Assembly: GCA_963751455.1 (NCBI GenBank)
Contig: CAVVUN010000001.1
Location: 320,001 to 384,000 of the forward strand
Source of the DNA: Nitrospirota bacterium
Lineage (GTDB): Bacteria; Nitrospirota; UBA9217
Direction of reading: 5' to 3'
Length of the DNA: 64,000 nt
Position numbers and translations under genes: made by a program. The notes beneath the pieces were generated by a model. The model ran no database searches. It had not been told where the DNA came from and worked only from the letters and a program-made list of their open reading frames with translations. Within the stretch, counting starts at the first letter, position 1. Each line of letters starts with the position of its first letter. This document shows, piece by piece, positions 47,416-57,100 of the stretch.

Positions 47416-49406
47416 ATGCAGAACCAGGAAATAACCATATTTCGGGAGCTCATCATTCTGCTTGCCGTATCCCTGCCTATCACGTATGTGTTCCATAAGG
47501 CAAAACTGCCGGCGCTCGTCGGTTTCCTGATCACCGGCGTTCTCATCGGTCCTTATGGCGCTGCCGTAATTACCGAAACGGAGGTCGTACAGCGGCTTGC
47601 GGACCTGGGCGTGGTCCTTCTGCTGTTCACCGTCGGCCTTGAATTCTCCATTGGGGACATTCTTAAATCGGGCAGGCAGTTCCTGATCGGCGGCGCAACG
47701 CAAGTGCTGCTTACGATCGCCGTCATTGCCGGAATCGCCGTCTTCCTGGGTTACCCCCTCCCGCAAGCGGTGTTCTTCGGATTTCTAGCGTCCCTCAGCA
47801 GCACCGCCATCGTTCTCAAGATGTACGCTGACCGTGCCGAGCTTGACTCCCCCCACGGCAAACTCGCAACCGGCATCCTGCTGTTTCAGGATATCGCCGT
47901 AGTGCCCATGATGCTGCTGCTGCCGGTGCTGAGCCAGGCCACTTCAGCCGGGGACCTGACGCCCCTCTCCATTCTCATATCCGTAGGCAAGGCGGTGCTC
48001 GGTCTGGTGGTGGTGTTCGTGTCCGCCCGCGTGGCTGTTCCTTTCTTTCTTCACCAGGTAATCCGGCTCAGGGACCGCGAGATGTTTTTTCTGCTTGTGG
48101 TTCTCCTTTGCCTCGGCACGGCGTGGATCACATACAGCCTCGGGCTATCCCTCGCACTCGGCGCTTTTCTGGCAGGTCTGATAATCTCGGAGTCCGAATA
48201 CAGCCACGAGATCGTGATTGAGATAACGCCTTTTCGTGATTATTTCGCAAGCATTTTCTTCATTTCGGTAGGTATGCTGCTGCAGACCGGTTTCCTCATG
48301 TCCCACTGGCCTGCGCTGCTTCTGATGACCGTGCTCCTTGTTCTCGTAAAAACCACGCTCGTGATCGTAACCGCTAAATTATTGAGTTATCCCATTCGAA
48401 CTGCGCTCCTTGCGGGACTCGGAGTGGCCCAGATCGGTGAATTTGCTTTCCTGCTCGCGCAGCAGGGTCATTCGCTCATGAACGAAGAGACGTTCCAGAT
48501 GTTCATCAACACTTCAATCCTGAGCATGCTTGCCACGCCGTTCATCATCCAGGCAGCGCCGCTGCTGACCTCGCGCCTGTCCCGGATCCGCCTATCACCA
48601 AGGACAAGGAACATTTCTGCTCGCTCACCGGGCACACCGTGATTGCTGGGTTCGGCTTGAACGGCCGGAACCTTGCTAAAACGCTGAAGGCCACGCATAT
48701 ACCCTACGTCGTGCTCGAAGTAAATGCGGACACAATACGCAAGGCCCGCGAGGAAGGCGAACCCCTTGTCTACGGAGACATCACGCGAAAGGAGGTGCTT
48801 GAGCGCGCCGGAGTGGATTGCGCCAAGGCGATCGTCTTCGCCATATCGGACAATGCCGCCACTCGGATCGCGGTCCAGATTGCCCGGCAGCTGAATCCGT
48901 CCATATATATCCTTGTCAGGACACGCTACTCATCCGGCGTCGAGGAGCTGTATAAGCTCGGCGCGGACCAGGTGATCCCCGAGGAGTTTGAAACGTCGAT
49001 AGAAATATTCTCGCGAGTGCTCCACGAATACCACATACCGAACAATATCATTACGAACCAGGTCCAGCTGATACGGATGGAAGGGTACAAAATGCTGCGC
49101 GGTCTTTCCCTCGACCAGGAAAACATAGGCCGTATTGCCTCTCTTCTTGCCGGCGCCACCGTTGACAATGTCCAGATCGAGCGTGAATCGTATGCCTCAG
49201 GCAAGAGCCTGCGCGAACTGGATATCCGGAAGAATACGGGGGCCACAGTAATTGCAATTGTCCGGAATGGAGAAGCGGTCCCGAATCCGGGGTCCGACTT
49301 CACCCTCGAACACGACGATATCCTTGTGGTTCTCGGCGCCCACAAGGAACTGGACCAGGCTGTAACATTGCTGACTCGCGGGACTGACCGGCAAAGTGAG
49401 AGGTAG
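47416..49406 (+). pseudogene. Kef-type CPA2 antiporter with TrkA-N/TrkA-C domains, split by an apparent 1-nt frameshift near 48580
   Basis: The membrane domain (LLFTVGLE, LLFQD, QIGEFAF) runs into a stop at 48642. The -1 frame already reads ITKDKEHFCSLTGHTVIAGFGLNG before it. Confidence 0.75.
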
Positions 49407-49430
49407 ACATGATCAGCGACTCAAAATAAG

Positions 49431-49459
49431 TTGCGATTCTCGATAACTTCAAGTATAAT
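49431..49459 (+). promoter_or_regulatory. Sigma70 promoter upstream of tRNA-Sec
   Basis: TTGCGA-N17-TATAAT. Confidence 0.65.
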
Positions 49460-49494
49460 TTTAATGTTTGTACGTCTCGATGTGCTTGATTAGT

Positions 49495-49583
49495 GGAGCC
49501 CCCTCCGGCAGGAGCCGGAGGCTCCCTTTAATAACGCGACCTCCCGCGGACTACGGCGCATTACCCCCGGCAGGAGCCGGGGG
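49495..49583. repeat. Twin CCGGC-AGGA-GCCGG hairpins (IS200/IS605-end or REP-like)
   Basis: CCTCCGGCAGGAGCCGGAGG and CCCCCGGCAGGAGCCGGGGG. Confidence 0.7.
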
Positions 49584-49630
49584 ATTGCAAGTCGCGGGAT
49601 TCAATTTTCATCAACAGAGTTTTCCCACAA

Positions 49631-49729
49631 GGGAGAGGTTACGGAGCTGGTGCCCGTCCCGGACTTCAAATCCGCTGTTTCCTGGCGTGAGCCAGGAAAG
49701 GTGAGTTCGATTCTCATGCTCTCCCGCCA
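49631..49729 (+). tRNA. selC: tRNA-Sec (UCA)
   Basis: GGGAGAG...CTCTCCC-G-CCA, TGGT D-loop, CT-TCA-AA anticodon loop, 9-bp variable arm and TTCGATT T-loop; selA and selB lie 10 kb away. Confidence 0.93.
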
Positions 49730-49805
49730 TTCTAACCTTGAATGTTCAGGCTAACCTGACAAGCTTCGTAGCAGTTCAGATGCTAAGGAATGTAAAAATT
49801 TCTGG

Positions 49806-49834
49806 TTGAAAATTAACCACTGAATGGCTATAAT
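49806..49834 (+). promoter_or_regulatory. Sigma70 promoter predicting a leaderless mRNA
   Basis: TTGAAA-N17-TATAAT-6 nt-ATG. Confidence 0.7.
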
Positions 49835-49840
49835 TCAACC

Positions 49841-51082
49841 ATGCTAAAGAGAAATATCACTCAGCTTGTACTGGATGCCCTCTCCGATACGCCGGTTCTC
49901 CTCCTGAACGGAGCGCGACAAACAGGGAAAAGCACCCTTGTAAAAACCATCTCGGAACATTCCCACCCGGCCCGCTATATCACGCTGGACGATGCTACTG
50001 TTCTTGCCTCTGTTAAGCATGACACAGCGGGATTCCTGTCAGGATTGGATGGCCCGGTTGTTATCGATGAAGTGCAGAGGGCTCCAGAGCTGTTTCCTGC
50101 TATCAAGGCAGAGGTAGACCGCAGCCGGCGACCGGGACGATTCCTGCTTACCGGCTCTGCCAATGTCCTTTTACTGCCTCGATTGTCGGAATCCCTGGCA
50201 GGTAGAATGGAAATACTGAGTCTCTGGCCGTTTTCCCAGGGAGAGATTGAAAGAATTCAAGAGCATTTTGTGGATAGTTTGTTTGCAACTAAATTGCATG
50301 CTGATACTCTACCTAAAGAATCTCTTGCATCACTCCATACCAGGATCATCAACGGTGGTTATCCCGAGGCAGTCAGCAGGACCAGAGAAGATCGACGCCG
50401 GGCATGGTTCGAGTCCTATATTACGACAATCCTCCAAAGGGACATTCGAGATCTCGCCAATATCGAAGGCCTTACCAGCCTGCCAAGGCTCCTAGCCATC
50501 ATTGCTTCGCGTGCTCCTGCGCTTCTCAATTTTTCAGAGCTATCGCGTACCCTTGCAATGCCGCAAAGCACCCTCAAACGGTATATGACGCTCCTGGAGG
50601 CTACGTTTCTTATCCAGCATCTGCCCGCGTGGTCGGGGAATCTCGGAAAACGTTTAGTGAAAACCTCCAAGCTCGTAATGAGTGACACCGGCCTTATGTC
50701 GCACTTGCTCGGAGCCAATAAAGAACGGATGGCAACAGGCGGCATTATCGGCCCATTACTTGAAAACTTCGTTATCATGGAATTAATCAAACAGACCACC
50801 TGGAGTTCAATCAAGCCGAAATTTTTTCACTTCCGAACGCAAACCGGGCAGGAAGTGGATATCGTATTGGAAGATCGGGCGGGCAAACTTGTGGGTATCG
50901 AGGTCAAGGCAAGTTCAACAGTGACAGCCCAGGACTTTAAAGGGCTCCGCGCGCTTGCTGAAACCACCGGCAAAAGGTTTCATAGAGGAGTTGTACTTTA
51001 TACCGGCTACGAGAGTTTACCGTTTGGTCCGGAACTCTATGCCATCCCGGTTAATGCCTTGTGGCATAAGCGGAGAAAATGA
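49841..51082 (+). CDS. AAA_14 ATPase with DUF4143 (PD-(D/E)XK-like) C-terminus
   Basis: GARQTGKST, IDEVQ, LLTGSA, ESLAGR, GGYPE, DTGL and EVD...IEVK. Confidence 0.9.
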   Translation: MLKRNITQLVLDALSDTPVLLLNGARQTGKSTLVKTISEHSHPARYITLDDATVLASVKHDTAGFLSGLDGPVVIDEVQRAPELFPAIKAEVDRSRRPGRFLLTGSANVLLLPRLSESLAGRMEILSLWPFSQGEIERIQEHFVDSLFATKLHADTLPKESLASLHTRIINGGYPEAVSRTREDRRRAWFESYITTILQRDIRDLANIEGLTSLPRLLAIIASRAPALLNFSELSRTLAMPQSTLKRYMTLLEATFLIQHLPAWSGNLGKRLVKTSKLVMSDTGLMSHLLGANKERMATGGIIGPLLENFVIMELIKQTTWSSIKPKFFHFRTQTGQEVDIVLEDRAGKLVGIEVKASSTVTAQDFKGLRALAETTGKRFHRGVVLYTGYESLPFGPELYAIPVNALWHKRRK

Positions 51083-51189
51083 AGGTGAACTCCTATTCCC
51101 GGATGCAGCCGTAGTCGGTCGTTCATGTATAATAGGTTAAGGCAAGAATTTAATTCGATGCCATCCCGCAAATTAAAGGAATAACCAGT

Positions 51190-52557
51190 ATGCAGGAAGC
51201 CCGCATAATAATCATGGACGATGAAGTCCAGGAGCGCCGCAGGATAGAGCAGTATCTTGTCCAAAAAGGGTACGATGTTCTCGCTGTGGGCAGCATCAAG
51301 GATGCCATGGCGGCCATCGAACGGGAGCGCTTCGAAGTCTTTCTTACTGACTGCAATATTCCCGGCGTGGACGCGCTTGAAACTTCCGCCGCAGTGCGCA
51401 AACTGAATCCGGATTTAGCCGTGATCATCATGACGGCCTTTGGAACGATTGAGACGGCTGTCAAGGCAATCAAGGCGGGGGCGTACGACTACCTTCCCAA
51501 ACCGGTCGACCTGGACCAGTTGCTGCTGGTAATTGAAAGAATAGTTGAACGTCAGAACCTGATCCGCGAGAACACGGAACTCAAGGAGCAGCTGCGGGAC
51601 CGGTATAAGTTCGACGAAATTGTAAGCACCAGCCATGCCATGGAGGAAGTGCTGAATCTTGCCGGCCGCGTGGCAGCGAGTAATGCCACCGTATTGCTCC
51701 GGGGGGAAAGCGGAACCGGCAAGGAACTCGTTGCAAAAGCGATCCATTACCACAGCGGGCGGGCGAACTTCCCGCTCATTAAAGTAAATTGCGCGGCCCT
51801 GCCTGAAACGCTGCTCGAAAGCGAGCTCTTCGGTCATGAAAAAGGCGCCTTTACCGGTGCGACCTCGCGCAGAATAGGCAGGTTCGAAGCCGCGAACAAG
51901 GGAACTTTGTTCCTGGATGAAATCGGGGAATTGACGCCGGGCGTGCAGGTAAAACTCCTCCGCGTGCTCCAGGAACACGAGTTCGAGCGGGTCGGCGGAA
52001 ACCAGACGCTGAAGAGCGATGTCCGCGTCATTGCCGCGACGAATCGTGATCTGGAAAAGGCGATCAGAGAGAACCAATTCAGGGAAGACTTATATTACCG
52101 TCTGAATGTCGTGTCCGTCGTAATCCCTCCGCTGAGGGAACGCAAGGAAGACATACCGGCCCTTCTGGATTACTTCATTAAGAAATATGGAGACGAAAAC
52201 AAGAAGCGGATCACGGACATTTCCAGCGAGGCGCGTGATCTCCTCATGCGCTATTCATATCCGGGTAACGTGAGAGAGCTCGAAAACATTATCGAGCGGG
52301 CAGTGGTCCTCTCCAGGAGAACGACCATCTCCGCAGCCGACCTCCCGATACATCTTCATCATGCCACCGACGACGGCAAATATGCGCCGCAGGTGTTAAG
52401 AGGCTCCCTGAGCGATACGCTCGATACCGTGGAGCGCGGTTTGATAATGGATGCTCTCAAGGAATCCGAAGGTGTACAGACACGGGCTGCCGAGAAGCTC
52501 GGGATCAGCGAAAGAGTTTTAAGATATAAGCTGAAGAAATACAAAATAAAAGAGTAA
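51190..52557 (+). CDS. Sigma54-dependent response regulator (NtrC/AtoC family)
   Basis: Receiver domain (DDE, D, K-P), GESGTGKE, ESELFGHEKGAFTGA, FLDEIGE, FREDLYYRL and a Fis-type HTH. Confidence 0.94.
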   Translation: MQEARIIIMDDEVQERRRIEQYLVQKGYDVLAVGSIKDAMAAIERERFEVFLTDCNIPGVDALETSAAVRKLNPDLAVIIMTAFGTIETAVKAIKAGAYDYLPKPVDLDQLLLVIERIVERQNLIRENTELKEQLRDRYKFDEIVSTSHAMEEVLNLAGRVAASNATVLLRGESGTGKELVAKAIHYHSGRANFPLIKVNCAALPETLLESELFGHEKGAFTGATSRRIGRFEAANKGTLFLDEIGELTPGVQVKLLRVLQEHEFERVGGNQTLKSDVRVIAATNRDLEKAIRENQFREDLYYRLNVVSVVIPPLRERKEDIPALLDYFIKKYGDENKKRITDISSEARDLLMRYSYPGNVRELENIIERAVVLSRRTTISAADLPIHLHHATDDGKYAPQVLRGSLSDTLDTVERGLIMDALKESEGVQTRAAEKLGISERVLRYKLKKYKIKE

Positions 52558-52563
52558 AGCCTT

Positions 52564-52672
52564 TTATCCGCAGATTTCGCAGAGAGCACAGACGCCCCTG
52601 ACTCCTGTCTCCTGTCTTCTGTCTCCTGCCTGCACCCAGCGACTACGAGTGCGTCAGCGCAAGTGCAGGGTG
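52564..52672. repeat. Stacked repeats: CRCRRAK half-element, CTCCTGW heptamer run and 44-bp element (52629-52672)
   Basis: TTATCCGCAGATTTCGCAGAGAGCACAGA; CTCCTGT-CTCCTGT-CTTCTGT-CTCCTG; CCTGCACCC...GTGCAGGGTG. Confidence 0.8.
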
Positions 52673-52685
52673 TCTCCTCACTGCC

Positions 52686-52907
52686 TTACTTACACCGCTC
52701 TCTCGCCCCCAACGCAAACAGAACAATGTTCATGGGGCAAAAGCCGGTCATAGCAAATACTATAAGCATTAAACCGACAAAACCTGTAAACAGGAACCAA
52801 GCCTCGTGTACGAAGTGCCCGAGCAGCGCGCTCCCGAAAACAAGGATGCCGGCAACAAGCCGGATGAGTCTTTCAAGGTACCACGATTTAGTATCTGCTA
52901 TATACAT
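52686..52907 (-). CDS. DUF2892/YgaP-like small membrane protein
   Basis: ERLIRLVAG, two TM helices and TGFCPM. Confidence 0.82.
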   Translation of the reverse strand: MYIADTKSWYLERLIRLVAGILVFGSALLGHFVHEAWFLFTGFVGLMLIVFAMTGFCPMNIVLFALGARERCK

Positions 52908-52920
52908 ACAAACCTCCAAT

Positions 52921-53085
52921 TAAAATAACGCAAACTGCTCATTTCTATCTCACACAAAGCCACAAAGGCACAAAGAAGGCTTAAATACTCGTGATTTTTA
53001 TAAACCTAAAGCATATAATCTTTTTCTTTCTTCGTGGCTTCGTGCCTTCGTGTGAGTATACGTTCAGATGTTCGCGTCAATTTTG
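52921..53085. repeat. CRCRRAK palindrome (52949-53056) inside imperfect AAAAT(T)RACGCRAAC inverted ends
   Basis: CTCACACAAAGCCACAAAGGCACAAAG ... CTTCGTGGCTTCGTGCCTTCGTGTGAG. Confidence 0.8.
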
Positions 53086-53096
53086 AATTGCCAGTT

Positions 53097-53837
53097 TCAC
53101 ATCCGCTCCCACTGACTGGTGTCTGGATTAAACGCCTCGCTGAATGCCGTAACCTCCTGCCGGAGGCCCACATCATAGCCCTCGTTCAATCCGAAGTTCA
53201 CGAGCATTTTGATGGCGCGGAGCGCACTGAGGCTGTTCGCTGCTATCCTGTTTGCAAGCCGTAATGCCTCTTCCTCGAGTGCGTGCGTGGGAACGATCTT
53301 GTTCACGAGACCGATGGTCAGCGCTTCTTCGGCATCAATAGCCCGGCCTGTGAACATAAGCTCCTTGGCCCGGCCGATGCCTACGGTTTTGTAGAGGCGC
53401 TGTGACGACCCGAAAATGGGCGGCACGCCGAATGTCGCTTCGGGAAACGAGAAGACCGCATCAGCGGCAGCGATGCGGATGTCCGCAGCAAGCGCGAGCC
53501 CGAGCCCGGCCCCCGTGGTCTCTCCCCTGACTGCAGCCACAACCGGGACAGGAAGGTCCTCGATATGCTTGAGCAGGTTGTAGCCCACTTCAGCAAAATG
53601 CGCTGCTTCATCCTTTGTCATCTTCAAGAACCCGGAATAGTCCAGGCCCGCTGAAAAATTTCTGCCTATTGCCTTGAGCAGGACCACCCGCAACTCGGCC
53701 TTGGACGATTTCATATCGCTCACGGTCCTGTTCAGTTGCGACAGGACTTCCTTGTCCAGATAGTTGTCAGGCGGGTTGTCAATAGTGACTATGCTGATCC
53801 GGTCTTTGCAGTACACATTGACTGTTGTGTTTGACAT
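53097..53837 (-). CDS. Enoyl-CoA hydratase/isomerase (crotonase) family protein
   Basis: NPP.N, FSAGLD, PVVAAV.G...GAG, ADIRIA, FPE and A.EAL.IGLVN. Confidence 0.88.
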   Translation of the reverse strand: MSNTTVNVYCKDRISIVTIDNPPDNYLDKEVLSQLNRTVSDMKSSKAELRVVLLKAIGRNFSAGLDYSGFLKMTKDEAAHFAEVGYNLLKHIEDLPVPVVAAVRGETTGAGLGLALAADIRIAAADAVFSFPEATFGVPPIFGSSQRLYKTVGIGRAKELMFTGRAIDAEEALTIGLVNKIVPTHALEEEALRLANRIAANSLSALRAIKMLVNFGLNEGYDVGLRQEVTAFSEAFNPDTSQWERM

Positions 53838-53850
53838 GATACCTCCGATT

Positions 53851-54100
53851 CGATTGCGGAATGCGAATTGCGGAATGGGGATTAAAATCCGAAATCCGCC
53901 TGCACCCAGCCTGCACCCAGTGTTTACGAGTGCATATTGCGCGAGTACAGGGTGCGCTTATGAGGTCCTTGATTCCCGTCTCGCGGTACTCAGCGAGATG
54001 GTACGACAATGAGTCTAATTATTAGCAGCACGAGCCTGCGCCCAACGAATTCGAGTGCGTCAGCGCGAGAGTAGGGTGTGCAGTGGCGCAATCCGCAATT
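53851..54100. repeat. Composite repeat: heptamer palindrome interrupted by two 44-bp elements flanking a hairpin-GTACGACAATG unit
   Basis: ATTGCGG-AATGCGA-ATTGCGG ... AATCCGAAATCCG [53899-54078 insert] ... CGCAATCCGCAAT. Confidence 0.8.
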
Positions 54101-54101
54101 T

Positions 54102-57100
54102 CTACGCCTGCTCCCAGTGCTTTTTCTCGATCATATAGTAGAAAACGGGGATAACTATCAGAGTCAGGGCCGTGGAAGCCAGCATGCCGAAGATGAGCGC
54201 CATCGCCAGGCCGGACCAGACGGGGTCGCTGACAATAACAGCAGAGCCGAGAATCGCGGCTGCGGCTGTCAGAACAATGGGACGCGTCCGGATTGCGCCT
54301 GCCTCGATAAGAGCCTGCTCAAGCTGCATCCCCTCCTGTTTCTTATCAAGAATGAACTCGAGCAGCACGATCGAGTTCCTGACAACGATCCCGGCAAGAG
54401 CGATCACGCCTATCATCGAGGTCGCGCTGAAGTAGACCCCGGTCATCGCGAATCCCGGCATTATGCCGATCATCGAAAGCGGTATCGAGGCCATGATGAT
54501 CAAGGGTATCGTGAAGGACCGGAACCTGCCCACAAGCAGCAGGTAGATTGCGATCAGGGCCACTCCCATTGCGGCCCCCAGGTCCCGAAATACATCAAGC
54601 GTCAGCTTCATCTCGCCGTCCCACTTGATACGATAGCCTTCGGGCAGCGGATGCTTCCGCAGATAGGTCATCATATCGATCACCGCATACACCTGGCTTC
54701 TCGCGCCCATCTCACCGTACACATACGTAACGGGCTCGAGGTTCTTGTGATAGAGGGCCTTGTCCATCTCGGAAGGAACGACCTTCACGAGCGACGAAAG
54801 CGGCACCTGGCTGCCCTGTGCGCCGGATACATACACCTTGTCCATGTCGGAAAGGACGCTGCGCTGTCCTTTCGGCAGCCGCAGCATGATCGATACAGGA
54901 TTTTTTGCGCCGGGCCGGTGCAGCGTGGACACCGCCATCCCGGTCAACGAGAGTCGCAGCGTTTGTACGATCTGCTCGGTGGATACCCCTGCGAGGGCGG
55001 CCTTATCCTTGTCCACGAGCAGCCGGTATTTATCCTGGTTCTCCTTCACGCTGTCGTCGATATCGACGACCTGGTCGGTCCTGGCGAAAAGCGCCTTGAT
55101 CTCCTGAGCGATAGCGCGCTGCTTATTGTAGTCCGGTCCGTAGATCTCGGCGACAACGGTCGCCCGCACGGGCGGCCCCGGCGGGTCCTCGACAAGCTTG
55201 ATGTTCGCACCGTACTCACGGGCGAGTCCTTCGATATCGGGACGCATGGCAAGCACCAGTTTCTCGCTCGATTGTTTCCGCTCTTCCTTGTCAACGAGGT
55301 TCACCCGGATGTCGGCGAAGTGACTCTCTTCCCGAAACGCACCGCCCCTGAGCAGCCCGTTGAAGTCCATTACCGACCCGGTGCCTACGTAGGTCTCATA
55401 ATCTTTCACTTCGGGTATCCGATGCAGATAAGCCCCAAGCGCGCGCGCTGCACGGTCGGTGTTCTCTATGAGCGTGCCAGGCGGCATATCTATTGAAACC
55501 AGGAACGTGTTCTTGTTCGCCTTCGGCAGCATTCGAAATTGTACCCACTGGAAGAGCGGGAAACTCATTGTCACAAGAAAGACGACCGCAATGAGCCCAA
55601 GAAACATGTTGCGCCTGCGGGAAACCGCAAGAAGCGGGCCCAGTATCTTTTTATATGTCCGGTAGATAATGGTCTCCTCGAGGGAAGGCGGGTTAACGCC
55701 GTCATGATGGTCCGCTTTCATCAGCCGGTAGCTGGCCCAGGGCGTCACGATGAACGCCACAAACAGGGACGTGATCATGGCAACCGGTACATTGAACGGG
55801 ATCGGGCGCATATAGGGCCCCATCATCCCGGTCACGAAGGCCATGGGGATGAAGGCAAGCACTACCGTAACTGTTGCGAGTATCGTCGGCATCCCGATCT
55901 CGTTCACCGCAAGGATCGCCCCCTGCAGCCGGGAATGCTGCTGCAGCTTGTAGTGGCGATGGATGTTCTCGACTACCACGATTGCATCGTCCACCAGCAG
56001 ACCCAGTGATAGAATCAGGGCAAAGAGTGTGATCCGGTTGATGGTCTGGCCGGTCACCATTCCGATGGCGAGAGTGATAAAGAGCGTGAGCGGAATAGCG
56101 AGAGCCACGATGGCCGCTTCACGCCATCCGAGCGTCACAAAAAGAAGGATGATCACCACTACGATCGAAACGATAAGATGGAACACCAGCTCGTTCACCG
56201 CGTCGTTCGCTGCCTTGCCGTCGTTCCGGGTGACTGAGACCGTGATCCCCGGCGGGACTCTGGTGTTTTTCAGTTCCTCAAGTCTTGCGAGGATCTGGTC
56301 CGCAATCTTCACGGCGTTCAGCTTCTGACGTTTGGCCAGCGCTATCGTGACTGCGGGTTGTTCCTGCAGCGTCTCCGTACTCCCTGCCGCTGCATCCGGA
56401 CCTGCAGGCGCAGAGTGTCCGTCTCCGAAGGAAATGCGCGTGAGCTTGACGGTCTCTTCGAACCCGTCCGTAACGTCGGCCACGTCGCCCAGGTAGACAG
56501 GTTTGCCGTTTGAAACACCGACGATCGCATTCCTGACGTCGCTCGCTTTTTCAAAAAATCCACCCGTTTCGAGCGATAATTTTCTGTTTCCCTGCTCAAG
56601 GTCGCCGGATAGAAGATTTGCGTTGGAAACGGTGATCGCTCCTGCTATCTGGAGCGGAGACAGGCCGTACCCCGCCATCCTGAGCGGATCCAGGGTCACT
56701 CGTACCTGCGGACTTCTTCCGCCGATCACGAGGGAATTTCCAACGCCCGGCACTTTTCTGAGCTCGTCCAGAAGATGGTCTGCCACGAAGCGGAGCTGGG
56801 AATCGTCATAGTCGGCGCCCGCTGAACCCGACAGTGTAATTGCGACGATCGGCACATCATCCACGTCTATGGGCTTGACGAGCGGTTGAGACGCGCCGGG
56901 AGGCGAGAAATCCATGTTGGACATGAGCTTGTCGTAGAGCTTCACGAAGGACCGTTCTTTGTCCTGTCCCACTAAAAACTTGACGGTGACCACTGCCAGC
57001 GAGTTCATCGAGACCGAATATACGTCTTCGACGCCCGGTATCTCCCAGAGCTTTGCCTCCAGCCGCTTTGATACGAGTTCCTCCACTTCTTTTGCACTCG

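Noticed and set aside
49700-52600. Genomic island integrated at selC
   Set aside because: No integrase, and no duplicate of the tRNA 3' end was seen in the window.
52629-54078. CRISPR array from the 44-bp or GTACGACAATG repeats
   Set aside because: Copies are few, divergent and irregularly spaced, and no cas genes are present.
54078-55496. Long antisense ORFs (e.g. 472 aa here, 307 aa at 22360, 230 aa at 37735)
   Set aside because: These are shadow frames opposite well-supported GC-rich genes and have no recognisable motifs.
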